A stretch of 64,000 nucleotides of DNA from an uncultured Chloroflexia bacterium (GCA_963817245.1 CAWFNQ010000002.1:35281-99280); one strand, 5' to 3'. Positions 26,042 to 35,903 are shown, numbered from the stretch's first letter. Numbers and translations: made by a program. Notes: generated by a model not told the origin, from the letters alone.

Positions 26042-26932
26042 ATGAAGACGAGCCTGGTCGCGGACCCTCGGACGGCGATCGTCACCGGAGGGACCGCCGG
26101 GATCGGGCGGGCCGTGGCCGAGGCCTTGGCCGCGGCGGGGCTGTCGGTCGGCCTCGTCGTCCGCGATGCCGGCCGGGGCGAAGCGGCGAGAAGCGCGATC
26201 GCGACGGCGACCGGCAACGATCGGGTGGAGGTCCAGGTCGGCGACCTGTCGGACATGTCGTCGGTCCGTCGCCTCGGGGCAGCGCTCGCCGAGTCCCACC
26301 AGTCGATCGATGTCCTCGTGCATTGCGCCGCCGTCTACACGGCACACCATGCCCTGACCGCGGATGGCCTCGAGACGATGTTCGCGACGAACCTCGCCGG
26401 GCCGTTCCTGCTCACGAACCTCGTCCTCGATCAGCTCCGGGCCGGGCCGGCGCGGATCCTGGTCTTGACTGCCCCATCGACCGTCCACCTCGACTTCGAC
26501 GACCTCCAGGCCCTGCGCCGGTTCCGGTCACTGAGCGCATTCGGCGCCTCGAAGTCGGCCGACCTGCTGTTCACCTTCGAGCTCGCTCGCCGGCTCGAAG
26601 GGAGCGGCGTGACGGCGAATGCCATCCACCCCGGGCTCGTCCGAACGAACCTGATGCGCCAGGCCCCAGCGCCCCTGCGATGGGCCGTCCGGGTCGTCTC
26701 ACGGAGCCCGGCGCGCGCGGCCGCCGCCATCGTCCCGGTCGCGCTGTCGCCGACGTACGAGGGCCAGACGGGTCGGTTCTACAAGGGCGGCCGTGAGATC
26801 GATGCCCCCTCGTACGCTCGCGATCCCGAGGTCGCCCGCCGGCTCTGGGACGTGACGGCCGCCCTCACAGGCGTCAGCGAGGGAGCGACTCCCCGCGACG
26901 ATCCGAACGAGCGCGTGGGTCCTCGCCCTTGA
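26042..26932 (+). CDS. Short-chain dehydrogenase/reductase (SDR)
   Basis: TAIVTGGTAGIGRAVA is the TGxxxGxG motif. Also present: ...NLAGPFLLTN...FGASKSADLLF...NAIHPGLVRTNL. 296 aa. Confidence 0.8.
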   Translation: MKTSLVADPRTAIVTGGTAGIGRAVAEALAAAGLSVGLVVRDAGRGEAARSAIATATGNDRVEVQVGDLSDMSSVRRLGAALAESHQSIDVLVHCAAVYTAHHALTADGLETMFATNLAGPFLLTNLVLDQLRAGPARILVLTAPSTVHLDFDDLQALRRFRSLSAFGASKSADLLFTFELARRLEGSGVTANAIHPGLVRTNLMRQAPAPLRWAVRVVSRSPARAAAAIVPVALSPTYEGQTGRFYKGGREIDAPSYARDPEVARRLWDVTAALTGVSEGATPRDDPNERVGPRP

Positions 26933-27688
26933 GCTTCGATGTCGCCGCGGAGGCCTACGACAGCTTCATGGGCCGGTACTCGTCGCAGCTGTCCGCCCCG
27001 TTGGCGGACTTCGCGCAGGTGCATCCCGGGCAGTCGGTGCTCGACGTGGGCTGCGGCACGGGCGTCCTGACAGGAGAGCTCATGGCGCGGGTCGGACCGG
27101 CCGGCGTCGCCGCGGTCGACCCCTCCGAGCCGTTCGTCGCGGCCACCCGGGCTCGCTACGAGGGCGTCGACGTCCGACATGCGCCGGCCGAGCGGCTCCC
27201 GTTCCCGGACGACACGTTCGACGCGGTCCTGGCGCAGCTCGTCGTCCATTTCATGCAGGACCCGGTGGCGGGCCTGTCCGAGATGGGTCGCGTGACCCGC
27301 CCGGGCGGCAACGGTCGCCGCGTGCGTGTGGGATCACGCCGGGCGCCAGGGTCCCCTGCGGCTCTTCTGGGACGCGGCACGGGAGCTCGACCCGGATGTC
27401 GCCGATGAATCGGATCTCCCAGGGACCCGCGAAGGCCACCTCGCCGAGCTGTTCGACGCCGCCGGGCTGCGGGAGGTCGAGTCGACCGCACTGGACATCC
27501 GCGTCGAGCACCCGACCTTCGATTCGTGGTGGGGGCCCTTCACGCGCGGCGTGGGTCCCGCCGGCGCATACCTGGCGAGCCTCGACGATGACCGCGCCGC
27601 GGCGCTGCGCGATCGATGCCGGCGCGAGGCGCCGTCGGCGCCGTTCGTCGTCACCGCCGTCGCCTGGGCGGCACGCGGCCGAGCGTAG
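26929..27688 (+). pseudogene. Class I SAM-dependent methyltransferase (Methyltransf_11-like), one frame change near 27310
   Basis: VLDVGCGTGVLTGEL...FDAVLAQLVVHFMQDPVAGLSEMGRVTRPGG (ORF 26929-27408) continues in another frame as ...VWDHAGRQGPLRLFWDAAREL... (ORF 27326-27688). An extra A is visible at 27310-11. Confidence 0.75.
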
Positions 27689-27694
27689 GGCCGG

Positions 27695-27916
27695 TCAGCG
27701 ACGCGCGCCGACCGCGATCGGCTCCAGCCGCAGGGCTTTCATCGGACAGCAGTCGACCGCCCGCTGCGCGGCGTCCAGCCGCTCCCGGTCGACGGGCTCG
27801 CGACCCAGGATCGGGTACCGCCAGTCGTCGAGCGCGATCAGGTCCGGGACCAGGTCGCCGCACAAGCCGTAGCCATCGCACAGGATCCAGTCGACCTCGA
27901 GGCGGACGTCCTTCAT
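27695..27916 (-). CDS. Small ferredoxin
   Basis: 73 aa: VDWILCDGYGLCGDLVPD...AVDCCPMKAL is a ferredoxin-type Cys pattern. Its ATG abuts the stop of the upstream gene. Confidence 0.65.
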   Translation of the reverse strand: MKDVRLEVDWILCDGYGLCGDLVPDLIALDDWRYPILGREPVDRERLDAAQRAVDCCPMKALRLEPIAVGARR

Positions 27917-29227
27917 CTAGGCGACCCCGGCCCGTGCGCGCGCGGCCTCGGTCCGCCTCGGGATCGCGTCGATCCGCCGTCCCGTGACCTCGACCGGTGA
28001 CCCGCTGACCGAGCATCGGCCCGTTCGGGCATGGTGGACGAATTCGTCACCGAAGACATTCAGGGCGCTGACCATCAGCTGCGCCGCGCCATCCGGGTGG
28101 TGACAGGCGCCTCGGCCCTGGACCAGCGACGTCCATCGCTCGATATCGGCGACGTCGCTGCCGCCCGCCCGGCCGTCGGCGACACGCCGGGTGGCGTCGC
28201 CGATCGCCCGGAGGCCGTGGACGCACGGACCGCACTGGCCGGCACTCTCGGCGGCGAGGAACGCCACGATGTCCGCGGTCGCGGACACGCCACAGACCTC
28301 CGTCGGCAGGAGTCCGACGATCCCACAGCCGAACGCCAGGCCGCGCTGGGTCATCACCGCCGGATCGAGGGGCATGTCCCAGACGTCGCCGATGCTCGCC
28401 CACGTCCCGAAGTAGCCGCCGAGCACGACCGCCGAGATCCCGTCGGCGCGGGCATCCAGCCGGGTCGCCAGCTCGCCGACCGTCACGCCGAGCTCGATCT
28501 CGCGGACACCCGGGGCGGGCAGGGCCCCGGTGACGGTGACGAGGGCCGTGCCTCGCGTCCCGCCGCGACCCGCCGATCGATACCACCCCTCGCCGCAGCG
28601 GGCGATGAGTGCCGCATAGGCGAGGCTCTCCACGTTCTGGACGAGCGTCGGCCGACCGCGGACGCCGCGTTCGGAGACGCGGGGCGGCGTGGTGACGGGC
28701 CGGGCGTCGCCGGTGTCGATGGCATGCACGACGGCGGACGCCTCGCCGGCGACATAGCTGATCGGGGCCTGGACCAGACGGATCTGGTGTCGGAGCTCGC
28801 TCGCCCGTTCCTCGACCGCGCGGCCGATCGCCCGACGGGCGGCCGTGTGCTCCTCCCCGACGTAGAAGACGATCTCGTCGGCCCCGATCGCCTCGGCCGC
28901 CAGGACGGCCCCGTCGATGACGAGGTGCGGCCGATGCGCCATCAGGATCCGATCCTTGTGACTCGCCGGCTCGCCCTCGGCCCCGTTGGCGACGACCACG
29001 GCCTTGCCGGACGCTCGCTCCGCGATGTTCCGCCACTTGCGCCCGACCGGGAAGCCGGCCCCGCCACGGCCCAGCAGCCCACTCGCCTCGATCTCGGCGA
29101 TCGCGTCCGACGCGGCGTACCCGGCCGGCGGCTCGCCGAGCCGCGCCAGGTGCTCGTCGAACCGCTCGGCGCGGCCATCGAGCGGCGGACCGGCCAGGAG
29201 CCGGTCGATGGACCCGTGCTGGATCAA
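27917..29227 (-). CDS. NuoF-like protein (Complex I 51-kDa subunit family, NADH/FMN-binding plus 4Fe-4S region)
   Basis: GLLGRGGAGFPVGRKW...VVANGAEGEPASHKDR...ISYVAGEASAV...ESAGQCGPCVHG...GACHHPDG are NuoF/HoxF-type motifs. 436 aa. Confidence 0.75.
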   Translation of the reverse strand: MIQHGSIDRLLAGPPLDGRAERFDEHLARLGEPPAGYAASDAIAEIEASGLLGRGGAGFPVGRKWRNIAERASGKAVVVANGAEGEPASHKDRILMAHRPHLVIDGAVLAAEAIGADEIVFYVGEEHTAARRAIGRAVEERASELRHQIRLVQAPISYVAGEASAVVHAIDTGDARPVTTPPRVSERGVRGRPTLVQNVESLAYAALIARCGEGWYRSAGRGGTRGTALVTVTGALPAPGVREIELGVTVGELATRLDARADGISAVVLGGYFGTWASIGDVWDMPLDPAVMTQRGLAFGCGIVGLLPTEVCGVSATADIVAFLAAESAGQCGPCVHGLRAIGDATRRVADGRAGGSDVADIERWTSLVQGRGACHHPDGAAQLMVSALNVFGDEFVHHARTGRCSVSGSPVEVTGRRIDAIPRRTEAARARAGVA

Positions 29228-29369
29228 GTGCTGCGCCCCGTGTTGATCGGCCCGGCGTCACGTCGACAGGTGGCGGCCGATCTCACTAGGACCGAGGCAA
29301 GCGCCCGCGAAAAGGTTTCACCCGATCGCCGATCATCGCCGGCGCCGCCAGACGTTAGGCTCCGCGACG

Positions 29370-29693
29370 ATGAAGTCCGAGTACCGAGCATTCGGCGTCG
29401 GCCTGGCGGGCGCCGTCCTGGCCACGATCCCCGGCGTGTCGTGGTACGCGTCGCTGATCCTCTTTGCCACGGCGGCCGTCGTCGCCGCCCTCATGCGCGG
29501 CGACCGCGTCGGGTTCGTCGCCGCATGGCTCGGCGCCCTCGTCCGGATCCTGACGATCGTGATCCCGCTGCTCGGCAACCCCGAATACGGCTTCGAGGGC
29601 GCCCTCTACCTGACGCTCGAGCTCGGGATCATCAGCGCGGCCGTGCTCGGCGCCACCTTCCTCGTGGTCAGGGCGATCAGAGAGCGTCTCTGA
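29370..29693 (+). CDS. Small hypothetical membrane protein (3 TM)
   Basis: 107 aa, hydrophobic segments, high GC3. Confidence 0.55.
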   Translation: MKSEYRAFGVGLAGAVLATIPGVSWYASLILFATAAVVAALMRGDRVGFVAAWLGALVRILTIVIPLLGNPEYGFEGALYLTLELGIISAAVLGATFLVVRAIRERL

Positions 29694-29836
29694 CCCGCCC
29701 CGGTGGACGCTGCGGACGGTTCGCCTGGTGACGGCATGCCACGGTCCTGGGAACCGTTCGGCGTCAACCCTCGTCTCGCGGCTGACACGGTCGCTCCGGC
29801 GGCCCCACCAGCCAGCTACCACACGAGGTTCGCCCG

Positions 29837-30590
29837 ATGTCCCGATCCTTCCAGACCCTCGGCGCCGCCGCCATCGGTGCCATCGTGGTCGCCGTCCTGG
29901 CGATGGCCCTCCGACCGGCGACGGTCGCGGGCGCGCCGGTCGCCACGACCGACCAGCCGGCCATCCACACGATCACGGTCTCCGGGACCGGCACGATCAC
30001 GCTCGTCCCCGACACCGGCCACGTGGGCGTCGGCGTCACGATCACCAAGCCCAGCGTCAAGGCGGCGCGCGAGGCCGCGGCCAAGGCCATGACCTCGATC
30101 ATCGACTCGGTCAAGGCACTCGGCGTCGACGAGAAGGACATCAAGACCGTCGGACTGAACCTCTATCCGCAGTACAACAACAGCACGCCGGCACGTGTCG
30201 TGGGCTACACCCTGAGCGAGCAGGTGCAGGTGACCGTCCGGGACCTCGACAAGGTCGGCGACGTGGCCGACGCCGCGATGGCCAACGGCGCCACCGACGC
30301 CAACGGGATCTGGTTCGACCTTGCCGACCCGGCCAAGGCGATGGACGACGCTCGCGCCGCCGCGGTCGGGGCCGCCAAGACGAGCGCCACGGCGATGGCC
30401 AAGGCCGCCGGCGTGAACCTCGGCGCGGTGATCTCGATCAGCGAGCCGACCCAGGTCGTCTATCCGTACCCGTACGCGATGGCCGGCGCCGCTCGTGAGG
30501 CCGCGCCCGACGCCGCCACGCCGACGCCCGGTCCAGCCCGGGACCCAGGACGTCCAGTCGAGCGTCACGGTCGTCTTCGAGATCGACTGA
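29837..30590 (+). pseudogene. SIMPL/DUF541 family secreted protein, one frame change near 30527
   Basis: ...ITVSGTGTITLVPDTGHVGVGVTI...GLNLYPQY...GYTLSEQVQVTVRDLDKVGDV is DUF541-like. The expected C-terminus PVQPGTQDVQSSVTVVFEID* is read in another frame ending at TGA 30588-90. An extra C is visible in the run 30527-29. Confidence 0.7.
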
Positions 30591-31003
30591 CGCCGTTCGA
30601 TACGGCGGCTCATTCGGTCACCCGGTGGTTCAACTAGGGGTCGGGCCGCCGGGATACGGGGCCCCGCCGGGCCTCAGCCGCTCGTTCGGTCACCCGGTGG
30701 CCCAACCAGCGTTCGGGCGGCCGGGATGCGGGCGAGACGGGCACTCCGGGGCCCCTCAGCCGCTCGTTCGGTCACCCGGTGGACGAACGGACGATCGAGC
30801 CGCCGGGATGCTGGGCTCGGCGGGTCCTCGGCCGGACTCAGCCGCTCGTTCACCCACCCGGTGGCCCGATCAGCGATCGAGCCGCCCATCGCGGGCCGCG
30901 GCGGACCTTCGGCCGGCCCTCAGCCGCTCGTTCACCCACCCGATGGCCCAACCAGCGATCGGAGCGGCCGGGATTGCGGGTCGGACGAACTTCCGGGCTG
31001 ACC
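30591..31003. repeat. Intergenic tandem repeat, about 5 diverged copies of an 82-nt unit
   Basis: The unit start CTCAGCCGCTCGTTC recurs at 30673, 30755, 30837 and 30919 (period exactly 82), with a degenerate first copy from ~30609 and a remnant at 31004. The period is not a multiple of 3. Confidence 0.85.
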
Positions 31004-31004
31004 C

Positions 31005-31523
31005 TCAGCGCATCGGTTTCGGTGGCAGATGGAGGTCGTGCCGGAGCGTGTCGACGGCCGCCGCCCGCCTCGAATACGCCGGGTCGACCTTCTTCTCGAT
31101 GGCCTTGATCGCCTTGAGCGTCTTGGCCTTCGTGCATTTCGTGAGGATGTCGATGACGTCCTGGGTCCGGTCCATGACGGCCTGGACCTGGACCTTGTAC
31201 TCGTCGGTCCAGGGGATGCCCTGCAGGTCGGCCAGGAACTCGTTGTCGATGGACAGGAAGGACTCGCACCAACGCTGCTGATGCTCGACCGTGTTCGTAT
31301 AGAGGCCCTGACGGGCGAACATGGCGGAGTACGAGTGCGTGGCCCGATCGGCGGCGACCACGTAGGCCTCCTGGAGCTTGTGCCAGGAGGCGGTCGGCTC
31401 GGGCGTGGGCGAGTGGAAGACGTACGGCGTCTCGGTCGGGCGGGCCGCACCGGCCGGCATGCAGGCAGCGACGCCGATGGCGAGGAACAGTGGGAGCAGC
31501 GCCTGGGCGGCGTGGCGAAACAT
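31005..31523 (-). CDS. Hypothetical lipoprotein
   Basis: MFRHAAQALLPLFLAIGVAAC- is a signal peptide plus lipobox, with a GGAGG SD upstream of ATG 31523. The mature part is protein-like. Confidence 0.65.
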   Translation of the reverse strand: MFRHAAQALLPLFLAIGVAACMPAGAARPTETPYVFHSPTPEPTASWHKLQEAYVVAADRATHSYSAMFARQGLYTNTVEHQQRWCESFLSIDNEFLADLQGIPWTDEYKVQVQAVMDRTQDVIDILTKCTKAKTLKAIKAIEKKVDPAYSRRAAAVDTLRHDLHLPPKPMR

Positions 31524-31657
31524 CCGGACCTCCGGTGGAACGTGAGCCGATGGTAGGGCGGCGGTGACTCCGTGCAACGTCACCCGAAGGTCCGGGGTGG
31601 TCCGATCCGGTCGGGTGGCGCCCGCGTCCGCCGGGGCGGACCGTCGACCGGCGCGCG

Positions 31658-32077
31658 TCAACCGCTCGCCGACACCCGGGCTTCGCTGATCTCGAACAGG
31701 TGGCCGTCCGGGTCGCGGAAGAAGCCGCGGATCTCCCAGTCGGACACCTCGAGCGGGGCGAGGAACGTCGCGCCCCGAGCGACGAGGAGGTCGTGGGCGG
31801 CCGTCGCGTCCGGGACGCGGATCGTCATCGCGTGGCTGACGGCATCCGGATCGCGCGGCGGTGCGAACGTGACGGTCGGCTTATCCGGCGTCGGACCGCC
31901 ACCGGTGACGAGCAGGAGCCACGTCCCGAAGGCCTGGAGCACGCACGACGTCCCGCCGTACTCGCGGTAGACCGTGGCGCCAAGGACCTCGGTGTAGAAC
32001 GCTCGGGCCCGGTCGAGATCGGACACCACGAGGATGTGGGTGAGGGCCATGTCGTCGGTCGGGAAGGCGGTGGACAT
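31658..32077 (-). CDS. VOC (glyoxalase/bleomycin-resistance/dioxygenase) family protein
   Basis: LTHILVVSDLDRARAFYTEVLG...FFRDPDGHLFEI is the typical VOC pattern. 139 aa. Confidence 0.75.
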   Translation of the reverse strand: MSTAFPTDDMALTHILVVSDLDRARAFYTEVLGATVYREYGGTSCVLQAFGTWLLLVTGGGPTPDKPTVTFAPPRDPDAVSHAMTIRVPDATAAHDLLVARGATFLAPLEVSDWEIRGFFRDPDGHLFEISEARVSASG

Positions 32078-32101
32078 CGCAGCGAGGGTACCCTCTCGCC
32101 G

Positions 32102-33041
32102 ATGCGACGGAGCGGCGGCCCACCCGACGAGGCACGACGTGGCCTGGCCGCCGCGGCGGGAGCCGCCGTCCTCTACGGCGCCGCCTACCCCGCGACGGCG
32201 ATCGCCCTCCGCTCGTTCACGCCGCTCGGGATCGCCGGCATCGCCTGCACCATCGCGCTCCCGTTCGTCATCGCCGCGGCCGCCCTGCGGATCGTGACGC
32301 CACCGAGCCGGGCCGCCTGGAACCCGGCCAGCCTGCTCCGCCTCGCGGTGCTGGGCACCCTCGGCGGGGTCGCGTTCATCGCGGCGACGAACCTCGCCGT
32401 CTCCCTGAGCGGTCCGACCGTGACCGGGTTCGTCGCGCCCGCTCTACGCGGTGGCGGCAGCCGTCCTCGCCGTGCCGGTCCTCGGCGAGCGGCTTCGTCC
32501 GATGACGGCCGCCGCGTTCGGGCTGGCGCTGGTCGGCACGGCCCTGCTGGCCGGGGTGGACCCGAGCGCCACCTCGCTTGCGGGCATCGCCTTCGCGGCG
32601 GCGGCCGCCGTCATCTTCGGCCTGTACCTCGTCCTCGCCCGGCGATGGGGCTCGCGCTACGCGCTGGAAGGCTCGCTCGTCACGATCGCGAACCTCATCG
32701 GTCGCGGCCCGGTCCTTCTGCTGTTCGAGTTCGTGCGCTCACCGGGCACGCTCGTCCCGCCCCATCCGGACCCCGCGGCGGTCGTCGCGCTGCTGTCGAT
32801 CGCGTTCGGCGCCAGCTCGACCGCGAACCTGCTGCTCATGGTCAGCGTCCGACGCGTCCCGGCCAGCTCCACGTCGGCCGCGCTCCTCCTGGTGCCGATC
32901 TCCTCGGCGGCCATCGGGGCGGTCCTGCTCGGCGAGGGGCTCACGCCGCAGGGACTGCTCGGCGCGGTGCTGATCCTGCTCGGGATCGCCGGCGCGAGCG
33001 GGCTGGCGCTGCGGTCGCCGGCGGCCGAGGTCGCCGGGTGA
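32102..33041 (+). pseudogene. EamA/DMT family transporter, one frame change near 32438
   Basis: The N-terminal half (AAVLYGAAYPATAIALRSFTPLGIAG...TGFVAP) in the frame of ORF 31700-34360 continues as LYAVAAAVLAVPVLGERL... in ORF 32451-33041. An extra C is visible in the run 32438-40. Confidence 0.7.
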
Positions 33042-33076
33042 TGCCCGGCGCAGGTCGCGCTGAAGCGGCCGACGTC

Positions 33077-33616
33077 CTAGGCGCGAGCGGCGCCGGCGGC
33101 GCCCCAGCGACGGACCTCGGCGTCGAGGTCGAGCGGCATCACGACACCCTTGTCGGCGAACTCGCCCCACGCCTCACGCGGCACGCGCCACATGATCTCG
33201 AACTCGTTGCCATCGGGGTCTGCCCCGTAGAGGGACTTCGAGACGCCGTGGTCGGATGCCCCACCCAGCGCTCCGGCCTCGGACAGGAGGGCCGCGGCGG
33301 CCGCGAGGTCGTCGATGGTCGGCACTTCCCAGGCCAGGTGGTAGAGGCCGACCGTGCCACGGGACGGCCGCGGCGCGTCGGGTCCGACCGAGAAGAGGCC
33401 GAGGTCGTGGTGGTTGTCGGTGCCGGCCGCGCGCATGAAGACGGCACGTCCGCCGAATGCGCTCTCGACCACCTCGAACCCGAAGATCCGGCCGTAGAAC
33501 TCGGCCGCACGCGTGGCGTCGCGAACGTACAGCACGGCGTGGTTCAGGCGGGCGACGGGGATGGCCACGCCCGAAGTCTGCGTCATCGGATCGATCGTGT
33601 CAGGGCCAGCAGTCAC
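33077..33616 (-). CDS. VOC family protein (extradiol-dioxygenase-like)
   Basis: LNHAVLYVRDATRAAEFYGRIFGFEVV...HHDLGLF...LYHLAWEV...LYGADPDGNEFEI. The GTG start overlaps the upstream stop (GTGA). Confidence 0.75.
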   Translation of the reverse strand: MTAGPDTIDPMTQTSGVAIPVARLNHAVLYVRDATRAAEFYGRIFGFEVVESAFGGRAVFMRAAGTDNHHDLGLFSVGPDAPRPSRGTVGLYHLAWEVPTIDDLAAAAALLSEAGALGGASDHGVSKSLYGADPDGNEFEIMWRVPREAWGEFADKGVVMPLDLDAEVRRWGAAGAARA

Positions 33617-34263
33617 GCGGCCACCGGCACGGTCTCGGGGGCCCCGACGAGCTTCCAGCCGGACTGCCAGCTGCCGCCGTTGGCGACGTTGAGCGCGATG
33701 TTCAGGAACGCGAGGGCCTCCAGCTGGCGCGCGCGCACGAGCGATCCGGCGTCGACCGGATGCAGGCCGACGGAGCGGACGAGCTCGAGCACCTGCGTCT
33801 TGGCGCCGGCGTCGTCGGCGGCCACGAACCCGTCGAGCTGGACGCCCTCGGTGATCGGGTCCGCCTGGTTGGCGGCGAACAGCGTGTTGAACGCCTTCAC
33901 GACGTGCGCACCGGGCAGGAGCGCGGCCAGTTCCTCCGCGTTCGAGGAGGTCGTGTCGATGGCGGGGCCGTCGGCACCGAATGACATGCGGTTGCTGACG
34001 TCGACGACCGTCTTGCCGTCGACCGACGGGGCGATCTCGGCGGCGACGGCGGCGACGCTGTCGAACGGGATCGCGAGCACGACGATGTCGCCGGCGGCGG
34101 CCGCCTCGGCATTCGTCGCGGCCACGCGGGCCCCGGTCGATGCGGCGACCTTGCCCGCATCTTCGGCGTCGCGGGAGGCGATGATGATCGTGTGGCCGGC
34201 CCGTCGGAACGAGGTGGCGAGGGCGCTGCCGACGTTGCCGGCTCCGATGATCGCGATGTCCAT
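33613..34263 (-). CDS. NADPH-dependent F420 reductase-like oxidoreductase (NpdG family)
   Basis: MDIAIIGAGNVGSALATSFRRAGHTIIIASRD...VVLAIPF...VVDVSN...VVKAFNT is the Rossmann fold and family pattern. ATG at 34263. Confidence 0.7.
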   Translation of the reverse strand: MDIAIIGAGNVGSALATSFRRAGHTIIIASRDAEDAGKVAASTGARVAATNAEAAAAGDIVVLAIPFDSVAAVAAEIAPSVDGKTVVDVSNRMSFGADGPAIDTTSSNAEELAALLPGAHVVKAFNTLFAANQADPITEGVQLDGFVAADDAGAKTQVLELVRSVGLHPVDAGSLVRARQLEALAFLNIALNVANGGSWQSGWKLVGAPETVPVAA

Positions 34264-34312
34264 GTGGATGATCCTCCGTGGCTTGACGCGTTTGCCCACA
34301 TCAAGCAAGATT

Positions 34313-34328
34313 TGTTGTGGACACAACA
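34313..34328. promoter_or_regulatory. Candidate operator: inverted repeat TGTTGTG-GA-CACAACA
   Basis: Perfect 7-2-7 palindrome in the 113-bp divergent region between the F420-reductase-like gene and the XRE-cupin regulator. It is locally AT-rich. Confidence 0.4.
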
Positions 34329-34376
34329 TACGCCAGCACGACAGCCTGTGTCAATACTAGTTTGCGGAGAGCCAAC

Positions 34377-34958
34377 ATGACGATCGAGGAGCGGGAGGGT
34401 CGCGAGGGGCGCGAGGACCGGCGCCGGCCCGCCGTCGGCGTGCAGATCCGCCGCTGGCGGACGGAACGCGGCCTGACCCTCGCGAACGTCGCCGACCGGA
34501 GCGGCCTCAACATCGGGTACCTCTCCCAGATCGAGAACGACAAGGCCTCGCCGTCGCTCGCCTGCCTGACCTCCATCGCCGACGCGCTCGAGGTGCCGGC
34601 GGCCTGGTTCCTGGTCGATGACGTCCCCGCCCCAGTCGTGGTCCGGGCCGCTGACCGGCCGGTGACCCCGACCGAGTTCGGGCGGGCGGAGCATGTCGAT
34701 GGCCGCGCCTCGCGCGACGTGTCGATCATCGAGATCAAAGGCGGCCAGGCCGGGCAGCACATCCCGGTCCATTCGCATGCCGGCGAGGAGCATCACGTCG
34801 TACTGCGGGGCCGGTTCCGGATGCGCCAGGGCGACCACGTCGTCGACATCGGTCCGGGCGACTACGTCCGCTGGGACGGCACCATCCCGCACGAAGGCGA
34901 GCTGCTCGACGGCGACGACGCCTCGATGCTCATCATCCGCATCCGGCCGTCGAACTAG
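34377..34958 (+). CDS. XRE-family HTH regulator with C-terminal cupin domain
   Basis: IRRWRTERGLTLANVADRSGLNIGYLSQIENDKASPSLACLTSIADAL is the HTH_3 domain. HSHAGEEHHVVLRGRFRMRQGDHVVDIGPGDYVRW is the cupin. GGAGAG SD, ATG at 34377. Confidence 0.8.
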   Translation: MTIEEREGREGREDRRRPAVGVQIRRWRTERGLTLANVADRSGLNIGYLSQIENDKASPSLACLTSIADALEVPAAWFLVDDVPAPVVVRAADRPVTPTEFGRAEHVDGRASRDVSIIEIKGGQAGQHIPVHSHAGEEHHVVLRGRFRMRQGDHVVDIGPGDYVRWDGTIPHEGELLDGDDASMLIIRIRPSN

Positions 34959-34978
34959 GCGCCGCGTACCATCGGGAC

Positions 34979-35755
34979 GTGACCCGTCGAGCCGTCACCT
35001 ACGCCTCGTACCTCAAGGTCCCGGAGCTGCTCTCGCTCCAGGTGGAGCGGTCGGTCGGGCCGGACGGGCCCGAGCACGACGAGCTCCTCTTCATCGTCAT
35101 CCACCAGGTCTACGAGCTGTGGTTCAAGCAGCTCCGCCATGAACTGCGAGGCATCCAGGCGGCCCTCGAGGCGAACGACACCGACACCGCCCTCCACCTG
35201 CTCAACCGGGTCCTCAAGATCCTCAAGACCCTGGTCGCCCAGATCGACGTCCTCGAGACGATGACGCCGCTCCAGTTCCTGTCCTTCCGCGACCGCCTGG
35301 AGTCCGCCTCCGGGTTCCAATCGGCGGGGTTCCGCCAGGTCGAGGCGGTCCTGGGCCTGCGCGACCCCGGGGCGATCGCGGCCCAGCCGGCGGGCTCCCC
35401 GGCACGCGTCGCGGTCGAGGCCGCCCAGGCCGGCCCATCGGTCTGGGACTCGTTCCTTGCCTACCTTCGGGCACGCGATGCGGCACTCCCCGCCGATCCG
35501 GCGATCCCCGACGAGCGGGTCCAGGCCGCCCTGATCGACGTCTACCGCGGCGATCCCGACGCGGCCCTGGTCGCCGAGCGACTCGTCGACCTCGACGAGG
35601 GTGTCCAGGAATGGCGCTACCGCCACGTGAAGATGGTGGAGCGGACGATCGGCACGAAACGCGGCACCGGCGGATCGAGCGGCGTGGAGTACCTGCGGGG
35701 GACGCTCTTCCGCGCCGCGTTCCCGGACCTCTGGGAGATCCGCTCCCGGTTGTGA
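34979..35755 (+). CDS. kynA: Tryptophan 2,3-dioxygenase
   Basis: YASYLKVPELLSLQ...HDELLFIVIHQVYELWFKQLRHEL...MTPLQFLSFRDRLESASGFQSAGFR...WRYRHVKMVERTIGTKRGTGGSSGVEYL are TDO hallmark motifs. Confidence 0.85.
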   Translation: MTRRAVTYASYLKVPELLSLQVERSVGPDGPEHDELLFIVIHQVYELWFKQLRHELRGIQAALEANDTDTALHLLNRVLKILKTLVAQIDVLETMTPLQFLSFRDRLESASGFQSAGFRQVEAVLGLRDPGAIAAQPAGSPARVAVEAAQAGPSVWDSFLAYLRARDAALPADPAIPDERVQAALIDVYRGDPDAALVAERLVDLDEGVQEWRYRHVKMVERTIGTKRGTGGSSGVEYLRGTLFRAAFPDLWEIRSRL

Positions 35756-35903
35756 CGGTGACGGCGACGGCCGGCGCCCGGATCGCAACCTCCAGCGAGC
35801 GGCAACCCTCCGGGCGGCCGAGTAGACTTCCCATCGACCGCAAGTGTCCCCGCGGGATGCCCCAGATCCGCGGCCCGTCATCCCCCTGCAACAGGTGGTA
35901 CCC

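Noticed and set aside
30591-31003. The 82-nt periodic array could be a CRISPR array, with a conserved ~30-nt repeat plus a variable ~50-nt spacer.
   Set aside because: The 'spacer' parts are homologous to each other: CCCAACCAGCG(T/A)TCGG..GGCCGGGAT(G/T)GCGGG recurs between units. The whole 82-nt unit is therefore a diverging tandem repeat. There are no cas genes in the window.
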